A stretch of 64,000 nt of DNA from Nageia nagi. Lineage: Eukaryota; Plantae; Pinophyta. The position numbers were made by a program, and so were the translations under genes. The notes beneath the pieces are model-generated. The model saw nothing but the letters and a program-made list of their open reading frames with translations, ran no database searches and was not told where the DNA came from. Location of the stretch: positions 76,074,001 to 76,138,000 of the forward strand of contig JBITNC010000001.1 of assembly GCA_050084985.1 (NCBI GenBank), written 5' to 3'. Positions 29,446 to 43,835 of this stretch are shown here, piece by piece. How positions within the stretch are numbered: position 1 is the stretch's first letter; each line of letters opens with the position of its first letter.

Positions 29446-31695
29446 TAGATAACCAAACGCTTCTCTTATAATTACATCTTATTGTATTATAGGATAAAAC
29501 ATAATAAAATAGACTTTAAGAATTAATTAATTAATTATTAGTATCATATTTAATATTATCAACAAGAATATTATATTTATTTTATTTTTTATTTTACACA
29601 TTGTTATTTAAAATAACAAACAATTTAATAAATATTAATGATTTTTTCATTGATATAGAAAATAAAATAATATAGATATTATATAATCCAATACCTAAAC
29701 ACTATTTACTTTTACTCAACATAAGTAAATTTGGATCAATGCTCAAAAATTTGGACCATGACATTCTCCCCCACTTAGAACAAACATAGTCTTCCGTATT
29801 TTCTATATTATTCCACACGAGAGAAAGTGTACTTTTTCCACAAACACAAAAGTATTCAATTACACACACTCTCAAACAATTGCAAGGAATAATATAACAA
29901 GTGCTAGAAAGAATTCAATTTCTAACAAACATAATTGTCACAACTAACACTTTTTCTTTTGCAAGCATAATATTACAAATAGGATATATTCTTCAATTAT
30001 TCAAATGAATTACGATACAAAAAATTTTACAGATAAGTCGATGAACTACCCTTTTCTTGTCCTAAGGTATCTTCCACATCTAATGAACCTATAAAGATCA
30101 CTTCAACACATATACACACTTAACAAATTAATTTTCTCTTCAACCATAAGAGAATATTTTCTTGAGTTGGAGAAACTTCTAACCATTAGGGTATGTAAAA
30201 ATCTTGCATTTTCATGAAATTATCAAGTTATTTTCTCTTGATAACAAATGTTAATTCTAATATAATATCAAATTTATCAAGATATATCTATCTTATTAAG
30301 AAAAATGAAGTATGCTTTAATGAAAAAAATTTATATATGCAAATTTTCATTTTTCCTATAAGCATCTTCATAAAAATGTTTCTTATCTTCTAAATCACAA
30401 GAAAAAATGGAAAAGATTTTACCAAAATACCTTTTCCTACTTCCATACTTTATCTTCACACTGATGTTGTATGAGCAATTTTACGAAAAGTGATGTAAAA
30501 TTATCTTCCCAAGTCTCCAAATCTTCTATGGCATTCTCCACAAAGTAAGGAATTTTTACCTATGAACTCTAAAAAGTTCTTGTCAAGTTCTTTTGTTGAG
30601 CAAAAATTTCACCTTACTCATGAAATGTTTCTTGCTCGTGGCCAAGAAATTCGAATTATTTTCAAGTTATCTTGTTTAATGGCCAAAATTTATTTTATCA
30701 AGGTCATTTTCCACCTTGATAAAGTTTCAAATGATACAATATACCCACCAATCATTGGTTTAAATTCTAGGCTATTCAAACCAAACATGCTAAATTCAAA
30801 CAAATTTTGTAGCATACTAATCAAGTAATTGAATGTCATAAAATACAATACTGGTATTAACAACACCCAAAATAAGTCCTAACAAAGTTAATAGCATTCA
30901 AATAGGTGAATACACCTCATAAACAAATAGCATTTTAAGAAAAACCCCAATACAAAATATTGGAATCGTAATTCCACAAAGAATCACAACTTGAATAATT
31001 TGAATGTTTCAAGGCAAAGGTGGTATTTTACCAATCCTATCCTAATCACACCTTTAAATTTATAATTTGGGTTAAGGCCAAATCCACATTTGGAGTTTAA
31101 ATTATTCATGGCCAATGACCCCTCCTAGTGGATGGGAGTGATCAATTTCTATACACATCTAAGTCATATAATATTTGGTGATTCTAAACATTTTCTATGT
31201 TTAGAGTACTTGACACTCAAAGTTCATACACTCTTATGTATAAACCACCTTATATTGCTCATGAGCTTTGGGCTCTTCTTAGGGAACATACACCTAAGAA
31301 GGTACATGCATTTCCCATGACTTATTAGTGGCATGGCCCAAATTTTTGATCCTTGGTTTTTTTTATTTGTAAGCATTTGAAATTAAATAAAATATATGAA
31401 AAAAGATTATTTACTTATGTTGAGTAGAAACAGATAGTGTTTAGGTATTATATTATAAAATATCTATATTATTTTATCTTCCATATCAATGAAGGAATCA
31501 TTAATATTTATTAAATTTGTGTTATTTTGAATAGTAAGGTTTAAAATAAAAAATAAAAATAAATGTAATATTAATGTTGATAATATTATAAAATCATATT
31601 ACTAATTAATTAATTAATTATTAAAATGTATTGTATTTGGTTTTATACTATAACACAATAAGATGTATTTATAAGGAGAAGTGATTGGTTATCTA
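29446..31695. repeat. ~280-bp inverted repeat pair (29446-29730 and ~31410-31695) enclosing a retroelement-like fragment; partial third copy at 28081-28250
   Basis: TAGATAACCAAACGCTTCTCTTATAATTACATCTTATTG... is the near reverse complement of ...CAATAAGATGTATTTATAAGGAGAAGTGATTGGTTATCTA. 28081-28250 directly repeats ~31337-31505. Confidence 0.75.
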
Positions 31696-33899
31696 GTTAA
31701 AGGTCAAGCAATTGTTGATCAACTTATTGAAGCTCCACTTAATGATTCTCAACCTTTTTCACTTGATTTTCCTAATGAGTCTATTTTCCTATTGGTTGAA
31801 GATGAAGAATTTGTTGATCCTAAATATGAAATTTACATTACCCTTTACTTTGATGAATCTAAACATGAACAAGGGGGTGGTGCTATCATTATTTTTATCA
31901 CACCTCAAGAAGAACCTATTCCCTTATCATTTGAACTAAAGTTCCCTTGTACTAATAACATGGCAAAATATGAAGCCTTTGTTCTTGTTCTACAAACTAC
32001 AATCAAGCTAAAATTTAAGAAAGATAAAATAATTGGTGATTCACAACTCATTATTAATCAAGTTATTGGTACTTATCAATTTCATAATGAGATTCTAAAG
32101 CAATATAAACTTTTTGTTGATAAAATCCTTTTGCAATTCGATAAATATACCATTGAGTCTTCTCCAAGATCCACTAATAGAGTTGCAAACACTATGAATT
32201 CATTGGATTCTCTTATTCAATCATAAGATAATCAAGATCAAGCTATTGTTCATATTACTACATTGCATGATATTTCTTACATTGTTGGTTCCATAATTAA
32301 TCAAATTGAGATTGATAATGCTAATCCTTTGTATATACTTGTAAAATATTTTCTCAAACTTGGTATTAGTCCTCAAGACATGACTAAAATGGAATGACAT
32401 AACTTCAAATAAAAATGTGTCAAATATATATTGTTGGAGATATACATTATAAACGTGGCTATGAAGGTATTCTTTTAAGATTCTTGGAACCTAATGAAAT
32501 TCTATTGCACTTTCTCAAGTTTGTGATAGTGCATGTGGAGGCCATTTTAATGACATGGCTATTGCAAAATGTTTGTTAAGAATGGGATATTTTTATCCTA
32601 CTCTTGAAAAGGATTATGTTCAATATGTTAAAATATGTATTAAATATCAACAATTTGCAAACCTTACACACCTTCCTTATCAAGACTTACAGCTTGTTGT
32701 TTCAATTTGGCGCTTTTCTCAATGGGATCTATATCTTGTTTGTCAAATTTACCCTAATTTTTCACAAGGACATAAATTCATTATTACTACTACTAAATAT
32801 TTTACAAAATGGATAGAATCCATACACCTAATTGAAATTAAAACACCAAAAATTGTTGAATTTATTGAAACAAATATTATATGACATTTTGGGATTACTT
32901 CTAAATCAATTATAGATAATGGCCTCCCTTTTAAAAACAAGGATGCTAAAAATTTATGTGAAAAAATTAATATTCAATTAAGTTTTTCTACAACTTATTA
33001 TCAATAAGCAAATGGTCAAGCAGAAGCATCAAACAAAATAATTGTCAAAGCTCTTCAAAACATTTTAGAAATTCACAAAGAGATTAGCCTACCAAACTTC
33101 CCTTTGCATTGTGGGCATACCAAACAAGCATCCACACACCTACACGAGCAATTGCCTATTTATTAGTTATTTTCCCACTTGATCTTGAAATTTCATCACT
33201 ATGTATTCCATTGCAAGAATTCATTGATTATAATACATACATAGAAAATAAATAATCCCAACTTGATTTACTTGATTAAAGATGCATAAGTGCCCTTCAA
33301 CACTAAGGAATTTATAAAAACATGTTAAAAGAGCTTATAATAAAAGGGTACACTATCGTGAATTGGAAGTTTGGCGACCTTGTTTTGGAAGATAATAAAT
33401 AAATCACAAGTCAACCTCATGTTGAAAGAGGAAAATTTGCACCTAATTGGATGAGACCATACATTGTTATAAGGAAATTTGGATTAGAAGAATAAAAATT
33501 GGAAATCTTAGAAGATTTTGAAGAGCTTGAACCAATTAACATCATTCATATTTGACCCTTTCACACTTATAAAACATCAGCAAGATCAATATATTTTGAA
33601 TATTTTTACCAAAAAAACAAATCAAAAGACTGAAAAAAAAACATAAAAAATACAATTCCTTTTCTTTTATCACATGTCTTGTGTCATCAAAAATAAACCT
33701 ATCATATAAATTTGCATCATCATACATTTACCCATCCATATAAGCATACATATAGAACATAAAGGCATCATACATGTTATAAAATAATGCTATGCATACA
33801 TCATAAAACATAGGCATCACATCTCATATAAACAAAAATTGGCCTCCTTTCCATAAACATAATAATAAATATAGTACATTAAAATCTTCCATTTGATAT

Positions 33900-35700
33900 C
33901 TCATGATTATCTCCTATTATGAGAACTACTAGGATGTGAGTAGACATGGTGCAGCCTAGATGATTATCCCTTGTGATAGTGTGATATTTGTGATGTAGTT
34001 AGTTTCATCTATGATTGATTGCTAACCCTATCCATAAATGATGTAGCCATGTTAGGAATCAAATATTGAATCTTGGTGAACTCATCCTCATAAGTTGTAA
34101 TCCTCGCATTCACCCTATGAAGGTGAATGACCTACCCATTGATGGTATACTCTAGATGTTGTATTCATTGATATATTATAGCCATTTTTTTCTCTTCCCT
34201 TTATTGCCAAATCTCTTTCATACCTATAAGCTATGTATCTCCTCCTCCCTATGGACCAAGATATCCTATTATACATCTACCATTTGCACATCCCCTTGGC
34301 CTTCATCACCCCATACACTCTCATCCATACCCTTATACTATCCTAGATTGACTAGTATATCATCCCATCCATATTGACCATCATCTTATCCACCTTCACC
34401 ACTATCCCATCCACCATCTCCATATTTGCCATAACCTCCATCTTCATTGTTTCCTCCCTCTCCACCATCCCCCCATCCTCACCCACTAGGGGAGTTAGTG
34501 TTGCAAGTATGCCAACTCAAAACTATTCATATGTTAGGGTGATCCTTTCTGTCCCTCCTCATATCTATATTAATAAATAGATGTAACTCTAGTCTGGTGT
34601 CTACAAAAATTATCATTGGTTGATCATTACGTTGTAACCTATTATAAACCTTAGGTACTGGGGGAACATCTTGATGTATCCCAAACTTCCTGGTGACTCA
34701 ATCAAAATAAAATACTTAATATTCCCTCGTCAAGTCTATAGCTATCTAACTCTCCTGACCTGATCCAACTCTTATCCATCTTCTATACCCATGTCAAACC
34801 ACCCATGTAGGACCTCTATATGAAATCCTATGATCTCATATGTGTGATGATCCCCTAATAATACCTCAAATCTCTTTTGTGAGGATGCCACCTCTGTGGA
34901 TCCAAATCCCTACCCCATCATAATGTGTAAGGTATGTATGATCTAGGATCTTAACATCCTACATCTACATCTACATGAATATCATAGGGTAGCCTTGGTA
35001 GCCTCCCTACCTTGATATGCTCTCACCTACATATCTAGAGAAGGAGGGAGCATATCACCCCATTCCTATGTTTAAGTTTGATCTTTATGAACTCTTGATA
35101 GAACAATACCGACAATGTTGGGTCCTAAGAAAAACTAGTCTTATCATCATGCATATGTCTTATAATTTCACATAAATTCCAAGGGAAGAGCATCTTGAAA
35201 GAGTCTGGATATACATGTATCACTAAGATGATCATAGAAAATACCAATCTATCCTCGATCACTCTACATCTATACACATTATCATAGCTAAAACAACATA
35301 TCCCATATCTTAACTAAAACTACCCTGGCCCAATCAACCCTACCACATTCACCTACTGGTTGAGCTCTACCCTAGGTTGATCTTAGGCTCCCCCTCAAGA
35401 GGGATCCTAAAAATATACTATATATCCTCCAAAGTAATTATATAATCCCTTATTAGAAGTACGAAGTGTTAGTGGAGGCATCCCACCTCTCCACCAATTC
35501 CATTAGGTACCTATTATTGTAGGTCAAGGGATCCATCATCCTAGTGTACCTAAGTCTGAATGAGAAGAGTCAATCCTATTCCTCCTTACTCATCATCATT
35601 TGTAGCAAACCCCATATCAAGCTAAATCAATGGTGCATCGACATGCTTTTATATGTCTATCCAAAATCAAAAAATAATTAACAAAAGTCAAAAATGACTA
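33900..35700 (-). pseudogene. Antisense extra ORF relic with a plant mobile domain (PMD)-like motif
   Basis: Minus strand 35400-35510 reads LMELVERWDASTNT / ITLEDI*YIFRIP, matching the PMD motif ALVERWxxxTxTFHLPxGExTITLEDV. Confidence 0.65.
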
Positions 35701-36619
35701 AGCCTTAGCTATTTTTCTTTGGAGCCAAATCAAATTAGGATCCCCCAACATTTCTAGGTCTAAAATGTGGGGACCCCTAGTGTTTCCCATTGGGAAATGT
35801 TGGTACCCCATGTGGTTTTAGTTTTCTAAGCTTTCTACCTCTAAATCTGGCCTAAATTTATGTTTTTAAATCTCTAGCTTCCTATTTATTTTTTTGGGTG
35901 TGTCCAACTTTTGATCCCATCTTCTTTTAAGTCAATTTTATAATGTTTTCTCCTCCCATATCTCATTTCTCTACCCAACCTAGTTTTGTGCTATTAAATT
36001 AAATAAAACTTAACTAAATTGCAAGATCAATTTTAGCACCAATGTGTAGGGCCCATGGCCTTTTCTAAGGATGTGGGTACTATACCATGTCAATCAAACA
36101 TGCATGTTTAATGGATCATATCAAAAATCATGTTATCTCAAGAGCAGGAGGTGTTAGGGTCAGAGCTTAATCAACAAATATCAATGAATGAAAATGAGTT
36201 AAGTCAAAAACCCTTTTTTATTTTATATACTTGCTTATTAGGAAACATCATGATACTTCTTATCAAACCCTAAACATGGTAGTATTTCTGAAAAGCATAC
36301 ACAATTTTTAAATGTAGGTGTATTTATGAAATTTAGTGCCATTTTTTAAAACTCTATGATATTTTTCCTCTATTATTTTCACCTACTCTTTCTCTATCCT
36401 TTTCATGTCAAACACATCCTTTCATGATATTTTCCTCTATTGTAAATATGTTTGAGGGGGATCACACACATCACTTGGGGTAGTTAACCATTATGTTCAC
36501 CTCATAAATCATTAAATTAGGTTTTTCCAATGTAAATAAAAAGGGCTAAATGTGGACACCTAAATATAGCACCTTATGCTACATTTGGTTCAACCTTATT
36601 TTCATCACTGTCATGCTTA

Positions 36620-37330
36620 TTTAATTCAATATTAATCAAGCATACTTTATCAAATATTCTCAATTTTGATCATATTAATGATGCTTTATCAGTAGTCATT
36701 ATCTTAGTTTTATCATATTCGTTTATTGCAAAGTTACAATTAATATTTATCATATTAAATGTATTTTTATCTTATTGATTTGCTTTTAAATTGAATTTAT
36801 TATTTGTCATATTAATTGCATTTCAATCATACTCGAATATGTTAAAAATGTGAGTAATATTAGTCATGTTAATCACATTTTTATCATAGTTAATTACTTT
36901 GAAAAATGCAATTAATATCAGTCATATTAATTATATTTTTTATCATAATGATATACTTGAAAATTACAATTATAATTTATCATATTAATTATATTTCGGT
37001 CATAGTCATTTGAAAAATGTAATTAACATTAGTCATATTAATTATATTTTTTTATCATAATAATTTATGGGGAAAAATCAATTTATATTAGTCATGTTGA
37101 TTGAATTTTGAACCATGATCATCTATTGAAAAATTGCAATTAAATATTTTTCATATTATTTGTAATTTGATCATAGTCGTTTATTTGTCATATATTAATT
37201 AGTATTAGGCATGTTAATTATGTTTGATCATAATCATTTGTTTTATTTAGTCAAAATTGAATTTATTTGAAGAGCATAAATATTTATCTTGTTTTATTAA
37301 TGTTTATCATATTAATAATACTAATTTGTT
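36620..37330. repeat. Degenerate ~58-bp AT-rich tandem array inside the LTR
   Basis: Recurring AATTAATATTAGTCATATTAATTATATTTTTATCATA-like unit. Confidence 0.7.
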
Positions 37331-38499
37331 TTATTGTCAATAAGCATAAAATTAGATAGACAAAATTCTCAAATCATCTTGCTATGTCACCAAGGGATCA
37401 TCTAAAAAATAAGGAAGATAATCTAGAACACTAATTACTATTTTACCAATTCACTTTGTTTCTCCAAATATGTTGATATATGCTCAACACAAAAGATAAG
37501 AAAAATAAATTGGAATGTCCTCAATTTATCTCAAATCAATTGAGATCAAATCCAATTCGAATTCAATAAAGATCTAATAACACAATAGCCATATATTTTA
37601 TGGAATCCATTTGAAATTTGTATTGGAAGAGGATCTAATGAAGAAAATATATTTAAGCAAGCTTTCCCCTCATTTTGGGTCTGGTAACTTGTGCAAACAT
37701 TTGGTTTTCAAATTGTCAAATTCTTGAGTCTTGTAGCTATGAATTCGAGGACTTGAGTCATATAGTAAATAATACTGATAATTTGGGAAGAGGATTTGGG
37801 TACTCTTGGTCTTGAGATAAGCTATAAATCAATCATTCCAAGCTTTACTCCTCCTAACAAACCACAAACATACCCATCACACTTTCCCATATATTTTACA
37901 TATTTAATTTTTATAGTAGCTTAGTCTTGACATATAATCATGATTTGAATCTTTACCTTTGTTTTTTGGTTTACGGGTTACAAAAAACTGAGGCTCAAGG
38001 TATTTTATTAGGAAAATGTTATAACATTTTTAGAAATTCCTACAATCAATGCATTTTGATAGTGGACTTAAAGTTGAGCATTCTAAGGGTAATTTCAGGA
38101 TCAACTTGGTAAAGAAGAGTACTAGCATTGAACATTCTTTATCATCAAGTAAAATTTGGTATTTATTAACACCACCTTAAGAAATTTATGTCAATCTAGT
38201 TGGAGTTATATTTATTTGTAAGGATGGCTTGAGAAATCTTCCTTAGTATTTTAATCACATCTTTTATTTCAATTCTATGCATATAGGAATTACTCTAGCC
38301 TGCACACAACTACTATATGTACAAAATTAGTTAATCATAAAAGGTACCATTTTTATTCAAAACACCTAGCACACAAAATAATAAGATCAAATGAGAAAGG
38401 ACCAAAAAAATACCAATAACATGATATAAGGTTAACATGATAAAACACCTAGGTGGGATCACCTTAGGTGGATTAAAATTAGGTGTCAATAACTCCCAT

Positions 38500-39085
38500 T
38501 ACTAGTGTTTAGATTCACTTTTGATTGATTTATAGGAGTTATAGGTGTATTCATCTCTTAATTATGGCATTTAAACCTGCCTTTCGTGAGGGGGCAGTCC
38601 TTGATTTTATGGTCAATCAATTGGTAATGGTGATAGGTGTTGGGAAAATTGATATAAACTAACCTCTAGTAGTAGGATAAATTATCAACTTTGAGCACTA
38701 GATGATACCTGAGATCCTTGGATAAATATATTTTCATGTAGACTCTTTTATATGAGAACACCCCATAGAACCTTGGTTGTTCTATATAGACAAATGTACC
38801 TAAGGGAGCTATAATATTTTCTAAAAAAGGCCTAAGAGGGACTCGGATACTATAGAGCTCAAACCATACATAAAATTCCAACAAAGAATCATCCTCGATA
38901 AAAATAATTTATGTCCATGGTTGACACACCAAGAATGAGTTTCTAAAATACCATGGGACATGGTCAAACATAAATTTGGCATGGTGTTCATGAGGAAAAT
39001 GAAATAGAAAGAAACCTTTATTAAGGTTTTGAATACACTTAAATTTTACACACTAAGATGTCCAATATTTCTACACCTGGTTACG
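38500..39085 (-). mobile_element. L1 LINE ORF1 fragment; the N-terminal part continues at 51166-51340
   Basis: VWFELYSI...LGTFVYIE...RVYMKIYLSKDL...HKIKDCP resembles plant L1 ORF1 (DUF4283/zf-CCHC_4 type). WLENYSLLGYFLGRIP lies beyond the Copia insertion. Confidence 0.65.
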
Positions 39086-42000
39086 TTCTAGAACTTGAAC
39101 TCAATTGAAGACCATTTGAAGTTAACTGAATATCAAATATCCAACTTGTATTTCTAACTCTCTACCTGAAAATGTAGCCACCACTAGTTTTCATCAAGTC
39201 TAAACACTTTTTCCACTGTATTTATTACCTTTTGAACATGATCTTATTCCAAAAATGTGACTACATTTTAGTCAATATTAGTTTTGGTGGCTAATGGTGA
39301 CTTCTCTTTTTAGTTTTCCCTTGTTCAATTATATAGATAGGTGTAATAAGTTTAGGGAAGGATCCCAAACATCCTAGTAGTATATATTTATTTTTTCTTT
39401 AGACTATAATATGGGATGAATAATAATCAACAATCCAACATCCATAGTTGTAATTTTAAGTGTTTGACACAATGTTAATCATTATTAAATCCTATATAAA
39501 GTTTGAGTTTAAGACCCAATCTACATTATTATTTCAAATTCTATTTGAATAGTCTTGGTTCTATTGTTATTATTATATTATCTAAGTTGTATATGAATAT
39601 AAAATTGGTTTATGTTATATTTAATTAAATTTCTCATTTGATATAAAACTAATAAGATCATAGTAGGAGATATTATTTAAGAGATTAGCTAGGTAAAAAT
39701 AAACATTTGGGATCATGAAAGAGTGATTTACTAAATTTCTTATTTTCCTAGTTGATTGTTAATTGTTTTGTTATTAGACTAGTTGTTATGGACAACAACA
39801 CTAACCTACCTATTCCAAAGTTTGAAGGAGATTATTTTCAACTATGGAATATCAAAATGGATACTTTTTTGATATGTAAATATTTATGGGATATTGTAGT
39901 TATTGGATATGAAGAACCATATTAAAGCAACTTAGAAGTAGAAGAGAGGACAACTAGAAAAGAATAACAACATCAAAACTATTTGGCCCTTTTGGCACTC
40001 AGAAAAGATATAAAGCAAAGTTTTTTTTCTCTTACTAATAGTTGTAAATTAAATTTTGAATCTTAGAGGATTTTGGATGCAAATTTTGGGAGTGATAATA
40101 TCATTCATGTAGATGCTTATGAAGAATGTATTTTTAAAAATCTAGATGATTGTGAGTTTGATTATGATGTGAGTAATGTTGATGATTATTTTAGCAAGGG
40201 GGATCAACCCTACTTTTGTAGACATACATTCTATTCTCTTGTATAGGAAGAGACTTTGAAGCCTACATTACAAATCTAAGAAGAATAGGAGTTTATGCTT
40301 AAAAAGGAAGAGGAGAAAAAGAGGTTTTGCTACTCCTAGAGGCATAGTAAATTGGAATGAAGAGAATAATTTTGTTTCAAATTTTGTAGAAGAAGCACTT
40401 GAAGAGTACATTATGGAAGAGCATCTTAAGGATAAAATACAATCTCATGAATGTATTCTTGATTTTTTTCTAGATTTGTCACTTAGAGAGTATCTCTTAG
40501 AAGAAGCATAAGATATTATTCTAGAAATTGCAAATATAGATGTATGTGATGTTGTTTCTTAAGATCCAAATTAAAAATTTGGTTGTGATGTTGATGTAGT
40601 TGCAACTATAAAAGATTTTCTACAAGGGAAACATACATATGTTGAAGAGATCAAAGATGTTGGATTTTCCCTTATGGAAGAGAATGCTTACAATTATCTT
40701 AATAATCCTAATGCTTGTGTTAATGATTTTTTTTAGTTTTGTATGATCCTCTATAAAAAGATATTGAAGGTGTTGGAGTTCCTCCAAAGGCTAAGAAAAA
40801 TGAAGACAAAGTTATACTAGAAGATTGGGTTAAAGACCACTCAAATAGAGTAGTTATTAATTTTAAAAGGGTTATTCCACAATTATATTTTAAAGAGTAT
40901 TTATTTGATAATTTAAATCTTGTAGAATCAATTTTTGATGAGAATATCATGGCTGGTCCATTGTGAGATCCATGATCAATTCTTTTTTAATAAGTATGAT
41001 GTAAAAAGTATTATATTATTTCATGATTCCATGATTGAGGATTTTAGTGATGACCACTCTTTAATAGTAATATATGTTCTAAGTGAAGAAGAGAATAGGA
41101 AAATATTATCTTGCTAATCTACATGATTTGAAGGATATAAATTATTTTGTGAGCTAGTTTGGTGATAAGATTGCATGTGATGATGTTGAGAATGATTTGT
41201 GTTTTGATGAGATAGCATTTGATGATGTTCATGATTTGAAAGAGGAAAATTGTTATGCATTAGGCTGTCCCAATCATGATTATTTTACAAAAATATTGAT
41301 TTTTGGATATCACTCATTTGCAGTGGCTTCAATAATGTTTATGGACTATCTTTTGTACAAATTTGTTAAGGAATAAAGAACTTTTGTTGTTGAGAAAAAG
41401 AAATAGTTGAAGAATTTTTGCTTAGTTTTTTGTGATCTAATTTGGGAGAATAAAATGTTTTTGATGGATTTTGATGAGAATGATATTTTGGGTAAGGTTG
41501 TTCATGATTGTTTATGTATTATAAAGACTACAAAATATAGTAAAATTATTCTTGTGAACAATAGCTGAAAATTATTTTAAATCATTTTTGTAAAAATTTT
41601 GTTGTTCGAATGGAAAGTAAGTTATTGTTGATGGTTGATAATATATTTGTTGATGATTTTTTTTGCTGATATGCAAAAGGTTGCTAAGATTGTTGTATGG
41701 AATGGTGAGATGGATCAATTTTATAAAAACTTACATGATGTGTGAATAAATATTGTTGATGTGAATTAGAGCCCTTTTATTGATAAAATGATTTATGATG
41801 ATAATTTTGATTTGAACTTTGATATGAGTTATGTGTTTTCTAATGAAGGGGATTTTTTAATCAAAAGGCATCTAGATTTGTGAGATTTTATTTACAAGAA
41901 GATGCAAAGATGGAGGAAATCCTATTTGAAGAGCGAAAGTATGGAGAGTGCCCAAATAAGATTTTAAAACTTATATATTTTTTGGTACTAAATTGGAATA

Positions 42001-42287
42001 GTTATAATTTAAAGCTCTTTCAATCCACTTTTTAAATCTTTAGAACTCCTTCTTGAGTTCCTTCAACATCAAGGGGGAGAATGTTACAGCTTGAATTGAG
42101 TTGAAGACTATTTGAAGTTTAAGATTAAACATTAAACTTGCATTCCCAAATCTATGCCTAGAAACGCAACCACCACTGTGTTTCATCAAGACCAAATATT
42201 GTTTCCACCATGTTTAGCACCAAAGTATCACCTTCCAAAAATGTGATCATGTTTCAGTCACTATTGGTTTTGCTGGTTAATGGTTAC

Positions 42288-43741
42288 TGTTGATTGAGAT
42301 TGTGTAATATGTGCGCCTGGAACAATCTTAACCAAAGTAGTTCACGAACAGACTGTAGGACGCAGCCTGATCTCCGGAGAAGGCCGGTTCCTTATCCATT
42401 GGGCAGAGAAAAAGTAACAGGAAAGAGATAAAAAGAGTAGGGAGCGAGAGATTTAAGCAAAAGGATAGGGTAACAAGAAAGGAAGTAAAAGGATAGGGTA
42501 ACAAGAAAGGAAGTAAAAGGATAGGGTAACGAGAGAGAAAGCAAAGGGGTAGATCACTAGTTCAGCGCGGGCTTTCGCAGTGTGCGAAACCTTGGCCTGA
42601 ATCTAGTGTCGCAGCCACAGAACAAGTTCTCACTCTCTGAATAGCTCCCCAGCTTCTACTCTACCATGTAGCAGACACAGTTATACTAGCAACCCGCAAC
42701 TATTACTCAGGAAACAAGCTAAGCTGCCACAATGTAACCAAATTAAGAATAACAATTACGAGTGCTAGACAAGAAAGGTCAAGATGGTTTCATAGTACCG
42801 GACTGAAGCTACAGGTCTTCGAGAACAAATGAAAAGGGCAATACTAGGCTTCCGACCCTAGTTTCTCTTTATTTTCATATATTTATACTGTGTTAATAAC
42901 AGTTACAGGATTACAGAATAGAAACGTTTACAAAACGGCCGCAAGATTCTGGCCTTCTTGAACTGATATCACCTACATATGACACTTGGTCGACTGTTAC
43001 AAAATTGGGCAGATCGCCGACGATTCGGTTCCCTGATGATGGCACTCAGGTATTTTGCAGACTTCCTTCTCTCCCGGAATATTCAATTCTCCAACTCGGA
43101 CTCTTCGATCTTTCCTTGCGGCCTATTTTCCTCTGGGCGCGGTCTTAATCCCAAATGTTAATCTTTACCCTTCGCCTGACGTCAGTCTTGAATCTCCGGA
43201 CTTCTTCATTCACTGGCTCCGGACACTAAATTACTCCTTGATGATGTCATCCATTCCGGGCTCCGGTTTGCTTTATGAATGCAAACTTCATATTTCCTTG
43301 TGACGTCACCTTTGAATCTCCGGAATTTCCCGCCCGCTGGTTCCGGATACTAAATTTCTCTTTGCTGATGTCATCTGTTCCGGGCTCCGGTTCTTATTCA
43401 AAATGTGAACGTCGTTTCGCCTGTGACGTCATCTCCTCCGGACTCCGGTTTCCTTTGCAATTATGAGCTTCTTCTTTTCCGTGATGTCATCTTCATATAT
43501 CCGGAATGCTTTGTTTCCCGGAGACACTTGTGCTTACTTCGTCTTTTCCGGAACTTGGTCCTTGCCGAAAGATGAATATCTTATTCTCCGCCACATCACC
43601 ATTTCATTCCGGAAAACTTTACTCTGATCCCGAGCTACGTTATCCGCTCCAAAAAACTCCAGAGAATCTAAGAATGAACCCATGGTTGAAATTAAGGTAT
43701 ACCGGGGCTTTAATAAAGAATTTATTTTGTAGGAATCTACA
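42288..43741 (-). repeat. 3' LTR of the young element
   Basis: TGTTGATTGAGA...GGAATCTACA; contains a 28-bp tandem repeat (AAAGGATAGGGTAACAAGAAAGGAAGTA, ~2.5 copies, ~42460-42530). Confidence 0.97.
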
Positions 43742-43835
43742 TTATGGCGACTTCTGAGGGAAAATTTCGCCTTTATGGAAGAGGAATTTAGAACCCAGTC
43801 TGTTATTTACATGAATCAAAGAATTGTACCTCACT

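Larger units (their letters stand above)
31696..38110 (+). mobile_element. 3' half of a second degenerate Ogre/Tat-type Gypsy (RNase H, integrase, extra ORF, LTR)
   Basis: VKGQAIVDQL...LYFD...FPCTNNMAKYEA...GDSQLIINQV (31696-32226); integrase fragments to ~33570; purine tract AAAGGGCTAAA then LTR start TGTGGACACCT at 36551. LTR end approximate. Confidence 0.8.

Noticed and set aside
42979-43757. Plus-strand ORFs duplicated at 49960-50804
   Set aside because: They lie within the LTR motif array, are repeated only because the LTRs are, and have no recognisable domain.
43745-43760. Plus-strand orientation of the young element, based on TGGCGACT after the left LTR
   Set aside because: Gag, the accessory ORF, the TATA box and a full 18-nt PBS are all on the minus strand.
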